From contig JBBIGR010000014.1 of assembly GCA_037447435.1 (NCBI GenBank), positions 37,178-101,177 on the forward strand: 64,000 nucleotides of DNA. Direction: 5' to 3'. The position numbers and the translations under genes were made by a program. The DNA comes from Fibrobacteria bacterium. Lineage in GTDB: Bacteria; Fibrobacterota; Chitinivibrionia; Chitinivibrionales; FEN-1185. Numbering within the stretch: position 1 is the first letter of the stretch; each line of letters opens with the position of its first letter. The notes beneath the pieces are model-generated. The model was not told the origin of the DNA and made no database searches. It worked only from the letters and a program-made list of their open reading frames with translations. Below are positions 51,792 through 59,879 of the stretch, one piece after another.

Positions 51792-53023
51792 GAACCATCC
51801 GAGCGCGCGGCGCGGTAAAAAAACAGATCGATGTAATAAAGCGTCCCGAAAGCGTCGGAATATTGCCCATCGTACTGCGGGAACTCCGTACGCTCTATTC
51901 ACATTTTTATCTTATTCTCCTCGTTTTGGTCGCACCGCTGATGTATCCGTTTATTTACGGAACTGTCTATGTAAATAAAATGGAGCACGACGCGCCGATC
52001 ACCGTTGTCGATCTGGACAACAGCGAAGCATCGCGAAATCTTATTCGCGATCTTGACGCACATGAACTTATCGCCGTTACGGAAGTATGCCGCGATATAA
52101 ACATCGCTCGTCGAAGTCTAAACTCCTTAAAAACTTCCGCAATCGTGATTATTCCTTCCGGTTTTGAAGCGGAATTGAAAAAGAAAAAGCAAACGCGAAT
52201 CAGCATTTCGGTGAGTAATTTACGATTCATGGTTTCCGGCGACATAAACAAGGCACTGGGGGATGTTTTATCGGCCCGTTCGAAAAACGTCACCATTGCC
52301 GCCTTGGAAAGCGCCGGTTTCAGCGAAGAGCAGGCAATTGCCCAGGCAGAGCCGATTCGTCCGTTTGTCATCAATTGTTTCAACGTGACGGAAAGTTACG
52401 GTGACTTCATCATCATCGGCTTGCTCATTATCATTCTTCAGCAAACGTTGCTGATGGGCATGTCGGTTTCTATGTCTTTAGAACGGGAAAACAATTCCTT
52501 GAAAACGCTTTTCGGACTAGCCCAAAATTCCGTTGGAAAAATTATTGCGGGCAAATCGATATTCTATTTCGTTCTCTATGCGGCGCATGCGTTTCTCTAT
52601 TTTACGCTCTATTGCTGGATTTATCATATTCCGATGTCCGGATCGGTTTCTGCCGCCGGTATCTTGACCCTTATGCATCTTGTTTCGATTATTGTCTGGT
52701 CCTTATTGATTTCATCCTTTTTTAAAACGCGACTCATGTCCCTCTGTACGTTCGTTTTCACGTCTTATCCGCTATTTTTGTTATCGGGGTTTTCGTGGCC
52801 GTTAACCTTGCTTCCACGGTATTTATTTTACTTTTCGCAATGCCTTCCGCCTACGCCGTTTATCAATGCCTTTTGCACTATTACGCAAAAAAACGGATCA
52901 TGGGGCGATGTTTTGCCGCAAACCCTTCATATGGCGGTATTGCTATCCATTGGATTTGCCGGTTTATGGTTACGTTTGGCACTGATGAGGCGGACGATTG
53001 CATTATCGGAAAATCAAAAATAA
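51788..53023 (+). CDS. ABC-2 type transporter permease
   Basis: ATGA overlap; PITVVDLDNSEASR, LSGFSWP. Confidence 0.9.
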   Translation: MRTIRARGAVKKQIDVIKRPESVGILPIVLRELRTLYSHFYLILLVLVAPLMYPFIYGTVYVNKMEHDAPITVVDLDNSEASRNLIRDLDAHELIAVTEVCRDINIARRSLNSLKTSAIVIIPSGFEAELKKKKQTRISISVSNLRFMVSGDINKALGDVLSARSKNVTIAALESAGFSEEQAIAQAEPIRPFVINCFNVTESYGDFIIIGLLIIILQQTLLMGMSVSMSLERENNSLKTLFGLAQNSVGKIIAGKSIFYFVLYAAHAFLYFTLYCWIYHIPMSGSVSAAGILTLMHLVSIIVWSLLISSFFKTRLMSLCTFVFTSYPLFLLSGFSWPLTLLPRYLFYFSQCLPPTPFINAFCTITQKNGSWGDVLPQTLHMAVLLSIGFAGLWLRLALMRRTIALSENQK

Positions 53024-53124
53024 CAACAATAGTATAACTTTGCTGCGTTATATGCAATCCAGTGGAATTATTTTTCTTTTTCAAATTAGGTTTTGAAAAA
53101 CGTTTCACTTTCGAAAGAATTATT

Positions 53125-53631
53125 TTGAACAACAATAAAAACATCGTCCTCATCGGTATGCCGGGTTCAGGTAAAACAACAATCGGAAAAATGCTCGCGG
53201 TATCGCTCGACAAAGCCTTCCTCGATACGGATAATCTTATTGAAAAACAGTACGGCGCGACTTTGCAGACTATAATCAATCATTTCGACTATTTGACGTT
53301 GCGCCAGTACGAGGAAACGGTCATAACCGGCCTACAGGTTCAAAATTCGGTCATAGCGACCGGGGGTAGCGCCGTATATTCCGAAAAATCGATGGCTGTA
53401 TTGTCCAAAAACAGCAAAATCGTTTATTTACAATTACAAATACCCGACCTTCTCAAACGCATTAGGAACTTTCAAACAAGGGGAATTGCCAAGGCTGCCG
53501 ATCAAACCTTTGAAGATTTATTCAAAGAACGGGAATTACTGTATAAAAAATACGCCAACATTTCCATAAATTGCGAGGGCAAGGGCAAAACTCAGATTTT
53601 AAACGAACTATTGACTAAATTAACGTACTGA
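53125..53631 (+). CDS. aroK: Shikimate kinase (probable TTG start)
   Basis: LIGMPGSGKTT, DTD, IATGGS, RELLYKKYA. Confidence 0.92.
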   Translation: MNNNKNIVLIGMPGSGKTTIGKMLAVSLDKAFLDTDNLIEKQYGATLQTIINHFDYLTLRQYEETVITGLQVQNSVIATGGSAVYSEKSMAVLSKNSKIVYLQLQIPDLLKRIRNFQTRGIAKAADQTFEDLFKERELLYKKYANISINCEGKGKTQILNELLTKLTY

Positions 53632-53734
53632 TTTTTAATTCTCTTCAATAACCCTCCTAATTTTTCTGCAGATTCATTTAATTTTGGCCCGTTTTTCGCT
53701 AATTATAAACCTCCATATAAATTTTAATTTTTTA

Positions 53735-53792
53735 TTGACATGCTTTCTTTTTTTGGTTATATTTTTAAATGTTGATAAACATTGTCGACATT
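53735..53792 (+). promoter_or_regulatory. cysK promoter with downstream Rrf2-type operator
   Basis: TTGACA-N17-TATATT (53735-53763); AATGTTGATAA-aca-TTGTCGACATT (53768-53792). Confidence 0.75.
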
Positions 53793-53840
53793 AAATCGTA
53801 ATAATAGTATGAATCACTTTTATACCTTAGGGAGGTATCT

Positions 53841-54785
53841 ATGAAAATCGCAACAGACATTACCAAGCTTATCGGCAAGACTCCTTTGGTTAGGATTAAT
53901 CGTCTGAATCAGGGCAGTAAAGCTGAGGTCGCAGCTAAACTCGAATTTTTCAATCCATTGTCCAGCGTTAAAGACAGAATTGGCTTGGCAATGATCGAAG
54001 ATGCTGAAAAAAAAGGGCTGTTAAACAAAGACTCCGTAATAATTGAACCGACCAGCGGCAACACCGGTATAGCGCTTGCGTTCGTTGCAGCCGCAAAAGG
54101 ATATAAGCTTGTTCTTACTATGCCGGAAACCATGAGCGTTGAACGAAGAAAAATCCTCAAATCGCTGGGTGCAGAAATTGTCTTGACCGAGGGCCCAAAA
54201 GGAATGAAGGGGGCGGTTGCAAAAGCCGAAGAATTGGCTGCATCTACACCAAATTCGTTTTTACCGCAGCAATTCAACAATCCAGCGAACCCGGAGATTC
54301 ATAAGAAAACCACTGCCGAAGAAATTTGGGAAGATACAGATGGAAAGGTCGACATTTTTATTGCAGGCGTGGGCACAGGCGGAACGATTACCGGTGTCGG
54401 TGAGGTACTTAAAAATAAAAAACCCGGGGTACAGATAATTGCCGTAGAACCGGAAAAATCTCCCGTATTATCAGGCGGCGCAGCAGGACCCCATAAAATT
54501 CAGGGAATCGGAGCTGGATTTGTCCCCGGCGTATTCAAAAAAGATTTTATCAATGAAATCATCAAGGTAAAAGAAGAAGACGCAGGTGCCACAGCCCGGT
54601 CTCTTGCGAAAAAAGAGGGTGTTTTCGTTGGGATTTCCTCCGGTGCGGCATTATGGGCCGCGTTACAAGTGGCCAAAAGGGAAGAAAATGCCGGCAAGCT
54701 TATTGTCGTGGTATTGCCCGATACCGGCGAACGGTATTTGAGCACCTGGTTGTGGGACGAACCGGTAGAAACTCCCAGTGTTTAA
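53841..54785 (+). CDS. cysK: Cysteine synthase A
   Basis: SSVKDRIG (PLP Lys), [31 protein letters not shown]. Confidence 0.97.
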   Translation: MKIATDITKLIGKTPLVRINRLNQGSKAEVAAKLEFFNPLSSVKDRIGLAMIEDAEKKGLLNKDSVIIEPTSGNTGIALAFVAAAKGYKLVLTMPETMSVERRKILKSLGAEIVLTEGPKGMKGAVAKAEELAASTPNSFLPQQFNNPANPEIHKKTTAEEIWEDTDGKVDIFIAGVGTGGTITGVGEVLKNKKPGVQIIAVEPEKSPVLSGGAAGPHKIQGIGAGFVPGVFKKDFINEIIKVKEEDAGATARSLAKKEGVFVGISSGAALWAALQVAKREENAGKLIVVVLPDTGERYLSTWLWDEPVETPSV

Positions 54786-54829
54786 TTTGAAAATCAGGTA
54801 TTTTACATAAATAAAAAGAAAGGTATATA

Positions 54830-56119
54830 ATGAACGACAAAGCATATCATTTCGAAACTCTTGCACTCCATGCGGGCCAGACCGTTGATGAAACATTGGC
54901 CCGGGCCATTCCCATTCACCGAACGACCTCGTTCCTCTTTAAAAGCACGGAACATGCGTCGAACCTGTTTGCTTTAAAGGAATTGGGAAACATTTATACG
55001 CGCCTGGGAAACCCGACCAACGATTCGTTGGAACAACGTATTTCCCAACTCGAAGGCGGGGCGGCTTCCGTTGCCTTTGCAAGCGGTACTGCCGCGATTT
55101 TCAATACGGTCATTACCCTTGCGCAAGCAGGAGACGAAATCGTATCTGCAAACAATTTATACGGCGGCACATACACGCAATTCGATGCCATTCTTCCCAA
55201 GCTGGGCATCACGACACGGTTTGTCGAACCGCATGATATTGCCGGTTTCGAAAAAGCGATAACGCCCAAAACCCGGGCCATTTTCATTGAAACCATCGGC
55301 AACCCCAAACTCGATTTTACCGATGTTGCGGTAATCGCCGCAGTCGCACATAAAAACGGGCTGCCACTTATCGTGGACGGGACTTTCACCACGCCGTATT
55401 TGCTTCGCACCATCGAATATGGCGCCGACATCGTGATCAACTCGTTGACAAAATGGATTGGCGGCCACGGCACTGCGATCGGCGGCATCGTCACCGATGC
55501 GGGAAAATTCGATTGGAAAGCCGGGCGGCATTCCCTTTTCACCGAGCCGGATGAAAATTATCACGGCCTCCGCTGGGCAATTGATTTACCGGAACCTTTG
55601 GCGCCCATAGCGTTTGCACTACGCTTGCGAACCGTCCCATTGCGCAACCTCGGCGCTTGTCTCGCACCGGATAATGCCTGGGTGTTTTTGCAAGGACTGG
55701 AATCGTTACCGGTACGCATGACCCGTCATAGCGAAAACGCGCAGAAAATAGCGGAACATCTGGCGACGCATCCGAAGGTTTCCTGGGTCCGGTATCCGGG
55801 TCTTAAATCCGACCCTGCGCATGCGCTTGCAAGCAAATACCTTACAAACGGATTCGGCGGCATGGTCGTATTCGGCATCAAGGGCGGCTTCGACGCAGCT
55901 GTCAAGGCTATAGACAATATAAAACTTTTTTCGCATCTTGCCAATGTCGGCGATGCGAAAAGCCTGATATTGCATCCGGCCAGCACCTCGCATTCCCAAC
56001 TTACCGAGCAACAGCAGCGCGAGGGCGGCCTCACGCCGGACCTGATTCGTTTGTCTATTGGTCTGGAACATATCGACGATTTAATCGCGGCGCTTGACGA
56101 CGCGCTGGCATTAGCATGA
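54830..56119 (+). CDS. metY: O-acetylhomoserine/O-acetylserine sulfhydrylase
   Basis: GNIYTRLGNPT, SLTKWIGGHG, HLANVGDAKSL.LHPASTSH. Confidence 0.93.
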   Translation: MNDKAYHFETLALHAGQTVDETLARAIPIHRTTSFLFKSTEHASNLFALKELGNIYTRLGNPTNDSLEQRISQLEGGAASVAFASGTAAIFNTVITLAQAGDEIVSANNLYGGTYTQFDAILPKLGITTRFVEPHDIAGFEKAITPKTRAIFIETIGNPKLDFTDVAVIAAVAHKNGLPLIVDGTFTTPYLLRTIEYGADIVINSLTKWIGGHGTAIGGIVTDAGKFDWKAGRHSLFTEPDENYHGLRWAIDLPEPLAPIAFALRLRTVPLRNLGACLAPDNAWVFLQGLESLPVRMTRHSENAQKIAEHLATHPKVSWVRYPGLKSDPAHALASKYLTNGFGGMVVFGIKGGFDAAVKAIDNIKLFSHLANVGDAKSLILHPASTSHSQLTEQQQREGGLTPDLIRLSIGLEHIDDLIAALDDALALA

Positions 56120-56139
56120 TTTTGGGCTAAGCTCACGAC

Positions 56140-56175
56140 AAAACCTCCCTCTTTTGCAAAAAGAGGGAGGTTTTT
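56140..56175 (+). terminator. Perfect 16-bp hairpin / terminator inside the cysK operon
   Basis: AAAACCTCCCTCTTTT-gca-AAAAGAGGGAGGTTTT(T). Confidence 0.75.
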
Positions 56176-56181
56176 CCAGGA

Positions 56182-56457
56182 ATGCGTAACGGCATGATAA
56201 CAAAAAAACTTATTGTCAAGAACTCACACGGCATTCATGCCCGGGTCGCTTTAAAGGTTGCACAAACGTGCCAAAACAATTCTTCGGAAGTGACGGTTTG
56301 CAACGGTTGCAATAAGGCGAACGGGTGCTCGCTTTTGGAACTGTTGATGCTCGGTGTGGAGCAGGGCTCGGAAATCGAAATCATCGCGCGGGGCGGCGAA
56401 GAGGAAAAAAGCATAAAAGAACTTTCTTACATTTTTGATGGAGGGTCGGGAATATAG
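56182..56457 (+). CDS. HPr-family phosphocarrier paralogue, Cys-rich, with C-terminal GGSGI tail
   Basis: NSHGIHAR (His15), NGCSLLELLMLG (Ser46 region), GSEIEIIARG; start may be 56194. Confidence 0.9.
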   Translation: MRNGMITKKLIVKNSHGIHARVALKVAQTCQNNSSEVTVCNGCNKANGCSLLELLMLGVEQGSEIEIIARGGEEEKSIKELSYIFDGGSGI

Positions 56458-56892
56458 ATGAAATTGTCAACAAAATGCCGTTACGGCCTGCGTGCGATGC
56501 TTGAACTTGCCCGACATTACAATGACGGGCCGGTAAACAGGAAAACCATTACCGAAGCACAAAATATTTCCAAAGCGTATTTGGAAAACATTCTTACGAC
56601 GCTTCGCGAACAAAACCTCATTCGGACCACGCGCGGCGCCAACGGCGGTTTTGTCCTCCAAGTTGCACCAGAAAAGATAACCGTTTTCCAGATTGTTAAT
56701 GCACTTGAAGGTTCTATTGCGCCTGTGGATTGCGTGGAAACAGAATCGGCATGCGAAAATGCGGGACCTTGCGCGGCAAGGCAGGTTTGGAAAAAACTGT
56801 ATGACGCCCAAGTCGCCACATTGTCTGCCATTACACTTGCCGATGTCCTGGATATGGATATAGCGTCGCATGGCGCGAACTACGTTATTTAA
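56458..56892 (+). CDS. Rrf2-family regulator (IscR/CymR-like)
   Basis: STKCRYGLRAM, YLENIL, RGANGGF; C-X6-C-X5-C; C-terminal NYVI. Confidence 0.93.
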   Translation: MKLSTKCRYGLRAMLELARHYNDGPVNRKTITEAQNISKAYLENILTTLREQNLIRTTRGANGGFVLQVAPEKITVFQIVNALEGSIAPVDCVETESACENAGPCAARQVWKKLYDAQVATLSAITLADVLDMDIASHGANYVI

Positions 56893-56895
56893 CGT

Positions 56896-57654
56896 ATGAG
56901 AAGAATCTTATCCGAGGACCAGCTCACCCGTTATAATCGGCAAATCATTTTAAAAGAAATGGGACAAACCGGCCAGGACAAGCTCCTGTCGGGAAGCGTT
57001 CTGGTCATCGGAGCCGGAGGACTCGGCTCCCCCGCAGCGCTGTACCTCGCGGCCGCCGGAATCGGCACCATCGGTATTGCGGATTACGACAATGTCGATC
57101 CTTCTAATCTGCAAAGGCAAATCATCCATAACGAGTCGAGCGTCGGAACGCACAAATCGGAATCGGCGAAAAAATCGATACTCGCCATTAACTCGGATAT
57201 TTCCGTTAAAACCTATTTTGAAAAAACTACCGCCGACACCCTTGTGGACATTATCAATGGATTCGATTTTGTCATAGACGCGACGGACAATTTCGATTCG
57301 AAATTTTTCATTAACGATACCTGCGTCAAGATCGGCGTCCCGTTTTCCCATGCGGGCGTCTTGCAGTTTCACGGACAAACGACCACCGTTGTCCCCAAAA
57401 AGAGTGCGTGCTACCGATGCGTATTTTGTCGGCCGCCGCAAAACGCCCTAGAAACCTGTTCTGAAGCCGGAATCCTTGGTCCGGTTGCGGGGGTTATCGG
57501 CTCTATTCAGGCGACCGAGGCCATAAAATATCTCATCGGAGCGGGCGACTTGCTCGTTAATCAACTTCTTACATACGATGCATTATCCATGAATTTCAGG
57601 AAAATTGAAACCAGGAAAAACCCCGATTGTGCGGCCTGCAGAGGCAATGGCTAA
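56896..57654 (+). CDS. ThiF/MoeB/HesA-family adenylyltransferase
   Basis: RYNRQI, GAGGLG, SNLQRQ, DATDNF, CYRC, TCSEAG, CAAC. Confidence 0.93.
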   Translation: MRRILSEDQLTRYNRQIILKEMGQTGQDKLLSGSVLVIGAGGLGSPAALYLAAAGIGTIGIADYDNVDPSNLQRQIIHNESSVGTHKSESAKKSILAINSDISVKTYFEKTTADTLVDIINGFDFVIDATDNFDSKFFINDTCVKIGVPFSHAGVLQFHGQTTTVVPKKSACYRCVFCRPPQNALETCSEAGILGPVAGVIGSIQATEAIKYLIGAGDLLVNQLLTYDALSMNFRKIETRKNPDCAACRGNG

Positions 57655-57660
57655 AAAGCG

Positions 57661-57689
57661 TTGTTTTGTGTATCATCATGATATACATT
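57661..57689 (+). promoter_or_regulatory. brnTA promoter with operator palindrome
   Basis: TTGTTT-N17-TACATT overlapping TGTGTATCAT-c-ATGATATACA (57667-57687). Confidence 0.6.
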
Positions 57690-57695
57690 TAACGT

Positions 57696-58016
57696 ATGGA
57701 TTTAAATCGAATTGTTCGAGATTGCACTGGATTCGATTGGGATGAGTTCAATATCCACAAAAACTGGGATAAACATCAGGTTTCCTGGTGGGAGTGTGAA
57801 GAGGTCTTTCTCGGCGAACCCCTTCTTCTTGCGGAGGACATAAAGCATTCTCAAAAAGAAAAAAGATATTATTCATTAGGAATTTCGGATGAGGGCAGAA
57901 AATTGTTTATAAGCTTTACCATACGCGGACATAAAATACGACCGATTTCTGCTCGGGATATGAGTAAAAAAGAAAGAAAAATATATGCAGACTCAAAAAT
58001 TGAAACCGATTCCTAA
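57696..58016 (+). CDS. brnT: BrnT-family toxin
   Basis: FDWDE.N..KN..KH.V...E.EEVF, HSQKEKR, IRPISAR. Confidence 0.9.
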   Translation: MDLNRIVRDCTGFDWDEFNIHKNWDKHQVSWWECEEVFLGEPLLLAEDIKHSQKEKRYYSLGISDEGRKLFISFTIRGHKIRPISARDMSKKERKIYADSKIETDS

Positions 58017-58290
58017 ATTTAAAAAAGAAGATGAAGAACGTGAATTTTGGGCTACTCACGATTCCGCCGAACATTTGGATTGGTCAAAAGGCAGGAAAAT
58101 GCGTTTTTCCAAACTTCGACCTTCAGTAAAAAGCATCTCGTTGCGTTTGCCCGAAGCCTTGCTTGAGAGAATTAAAATTCTGGCAAATAAGCATGATATT
58201 CCCTATCAATCGCTTATGAAAGTTTATTTATCCGAACGTGTGGAAAAAGAAATTGTAGGTAGGCATATTGTTCCCGAGCAGAAGGCATAA
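57985..58290 (+). CDS. brnA: BrnA/CopG-like antitoxin
   Basis: PKFKKEDEEREFWATHD; RHH SISLRLP...IPYQSL; overlaps toxin gene. Confidence 0.88.
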   Translation: MQTQKLKPIPKFKKEDEEREFWATHDSAEHLDWSKGRKMRFSKLRPSVKSISLRLPEALLERIKILANKHDIPYQSLMKVYLSERVEKEIVGRHIVPEQKA

Positions 58291-58363
58291 TCTTTGTTTA
58301 GGCGATATGGCCTTTTGCATAAAATGAGGGGGTCATGTCGCAGGGGATAAGTTTATTTTATAG

Positions 58364-58390
58364 ATTATCTACGCAAAATGCGTAGATAAT
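58364..58390. repeat. Palindrome ATTATCTACGCA-aaa-TGCGTAGATAAT
   Basis: Perfect 12-bp inverted repeat, homologous to 5423-5447. Confidence 0.7.
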
Positions 58391-58509
58391 TCGTTTATAT
58401 AGGTACTAATCACATTAAAGGACTATTCACTGAAATTCACGCTCTGACAATAAGGCCGGTCGGTCTTTGGATGCAGGGCAAATACAATCATGGTTCCATG
58501 GAGGCATGT

Positions 58510-59232
58510 ATGATTCGCTTCATTTCCACGTTCTCTGTTTTCGCTTTTCTTTCTTTTCCCCTTTTTGCGGTTGCAGGTACCCCTAAAATAGAGTTTGACA
58601 AAACGAATTACGATTGCGGAACATTTGCCGACGGGAAACAGGACAAGCTCCAGGCATCGTTTACTATAAAGAATTCGGGTGACGCGCCGTTGATCCTATC
58701 GAGCGTACGGCCCGGCTGCGGTTGCACGGTTGTCAAATTCGATTCATTGATTCAGCCCGGAAAAAGTGGCATCATTTCCGCCACCGTCAATATTGCAAAT
58801 TATCATTTTGGCCCGATATCAAAAATGGTGACCGTCACGTCGAACGCCTCGAATGTGCCGACGCAACAATTGACAATCAGTGCATCCATTGTCGCCGTTG
58901 TGGATGTATCCGAATCGTATGTGAATCTCAATCCAAGCAATCTCACGGCACCTCATACCCTTGTTTTGGCAACACTTAAAAAAGATTTCAAAATATCGGC
59001 AGTTGAATTCAAACTTTCACAAGCATCCGACGACAAGTGGCAAAATAAAGTGCCGATTGCTATACCCTTCACATTTGTTGCTACCGATTCACTCAGGGCC
59101 GACAAATTTAAAGTTTACAAACTTAACCTTACAACGCCGAAAGTTGACCAGCAATATACCGGCAATTTCATCGTAAAAACAAATCACCCGGAAAAGACTG
59201 AAATTTCCATTGCAGGATCCATTAGTAAGTAA
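58510..59232 (+). CDS. Secreted DUF1573 (Ig-like) domain protein
   Basis: ATG 58510 after GGAGG; signal peptide; KNSGDAPL...PGCGCT...IQPGKSG. Confidence 0.85.
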   Translation: MIRFISTFSVFAFLSFPLFAVAGTPKIEFDKTNYDCGTFADGKQDKLQASFTIKNSGDAPLILSSVRPGCGCTVVKFDSLIQPGKSGIISATVNIANYHFGPISKMVTVTSNASNVPTQQLTISASIVAVVDVSESYVNLNPSNLTAPHTLVLATLKKDFKISAVEFKLSQASDDKWQNKVPIAIPFTFVATDSLRADKFKVYKLNLTTPKVDQQYTGNFIVKTNHPEKTEISIAGSISK

Positions 59233-59243
59233 AATTTTTACCT

Positions 59244-59280
59244 ACGGCGCATCAAACTCCAGTTGATGCGCCGTTTGTTC
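59244..59280 (+). terminator. Intrinsic terminator
   Basis: ACGGCGCATCAA...TTGATGCGCCGT-TTGTT. Confidence 0.75.
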
Positions 59281-59505
59281 TTCCCAGCCTATCTACCAAA
59301 GTTTCAAAGCGTTTTTCTTATAAAAACTAACCGTACAAAGCCTGAAAATATTATTCAATGTGCAATTAATAAATAATTGTCCTTTCGGGCTATTTATTTT
59401 TTCCTAATTTTTATATACAAAACACATTACTCTCATTACCATTTTTATAACGAAATTTTCCAATTTTAAACATTTATTTTTGGAAAAAGTATTATATTTG
59501 TATAA

Positions 59506-59519
59506 GTTGTATATACAAC
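59506..59519. promoter_or_regulatory. Putative GntR (HutC-subfamily) operator
   Basis: Perfect palindrome GTTGTATATACAAC next to a TATATT element. Confidence 0.45.
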
Positions 59520-59879
59520 AGAGGAACTTGGGGCTTCCTTTGTTGTTTAAGTGATTAACTAACAATTTTTTTTTAGCCGTTTTAAATGGCCCTTCCCAAA
59601 AACACTTTGCACTGTTTTTTTATATGATTTTCCTGGTACTTAATGGACATCGATAGGCATAATTGAGGATTGATATTTTTTATATATTTTATGCGATCAG
59701 CATTTTAAATTTAAGCATAATCGACTTTTCATAATATTTCAAAGGGGTATTCGATAAATATGTGAAATTTTTAGCCAATATTTATCAATAGTATGATTTA
59801 AAAAGTCGATATATTTGTAACGGGATTTTAGAAAAGTAATCTGGAAAATTTTTTAACCATTTTTAAAGAGGGGTCTAGT

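Noticed and set aside
58421..58500. GGGCAAA suggesting a c-di-GMP-I riboswitch
   Set aside because: Lacks the GNRA-capped P2 and the following P3 elements.
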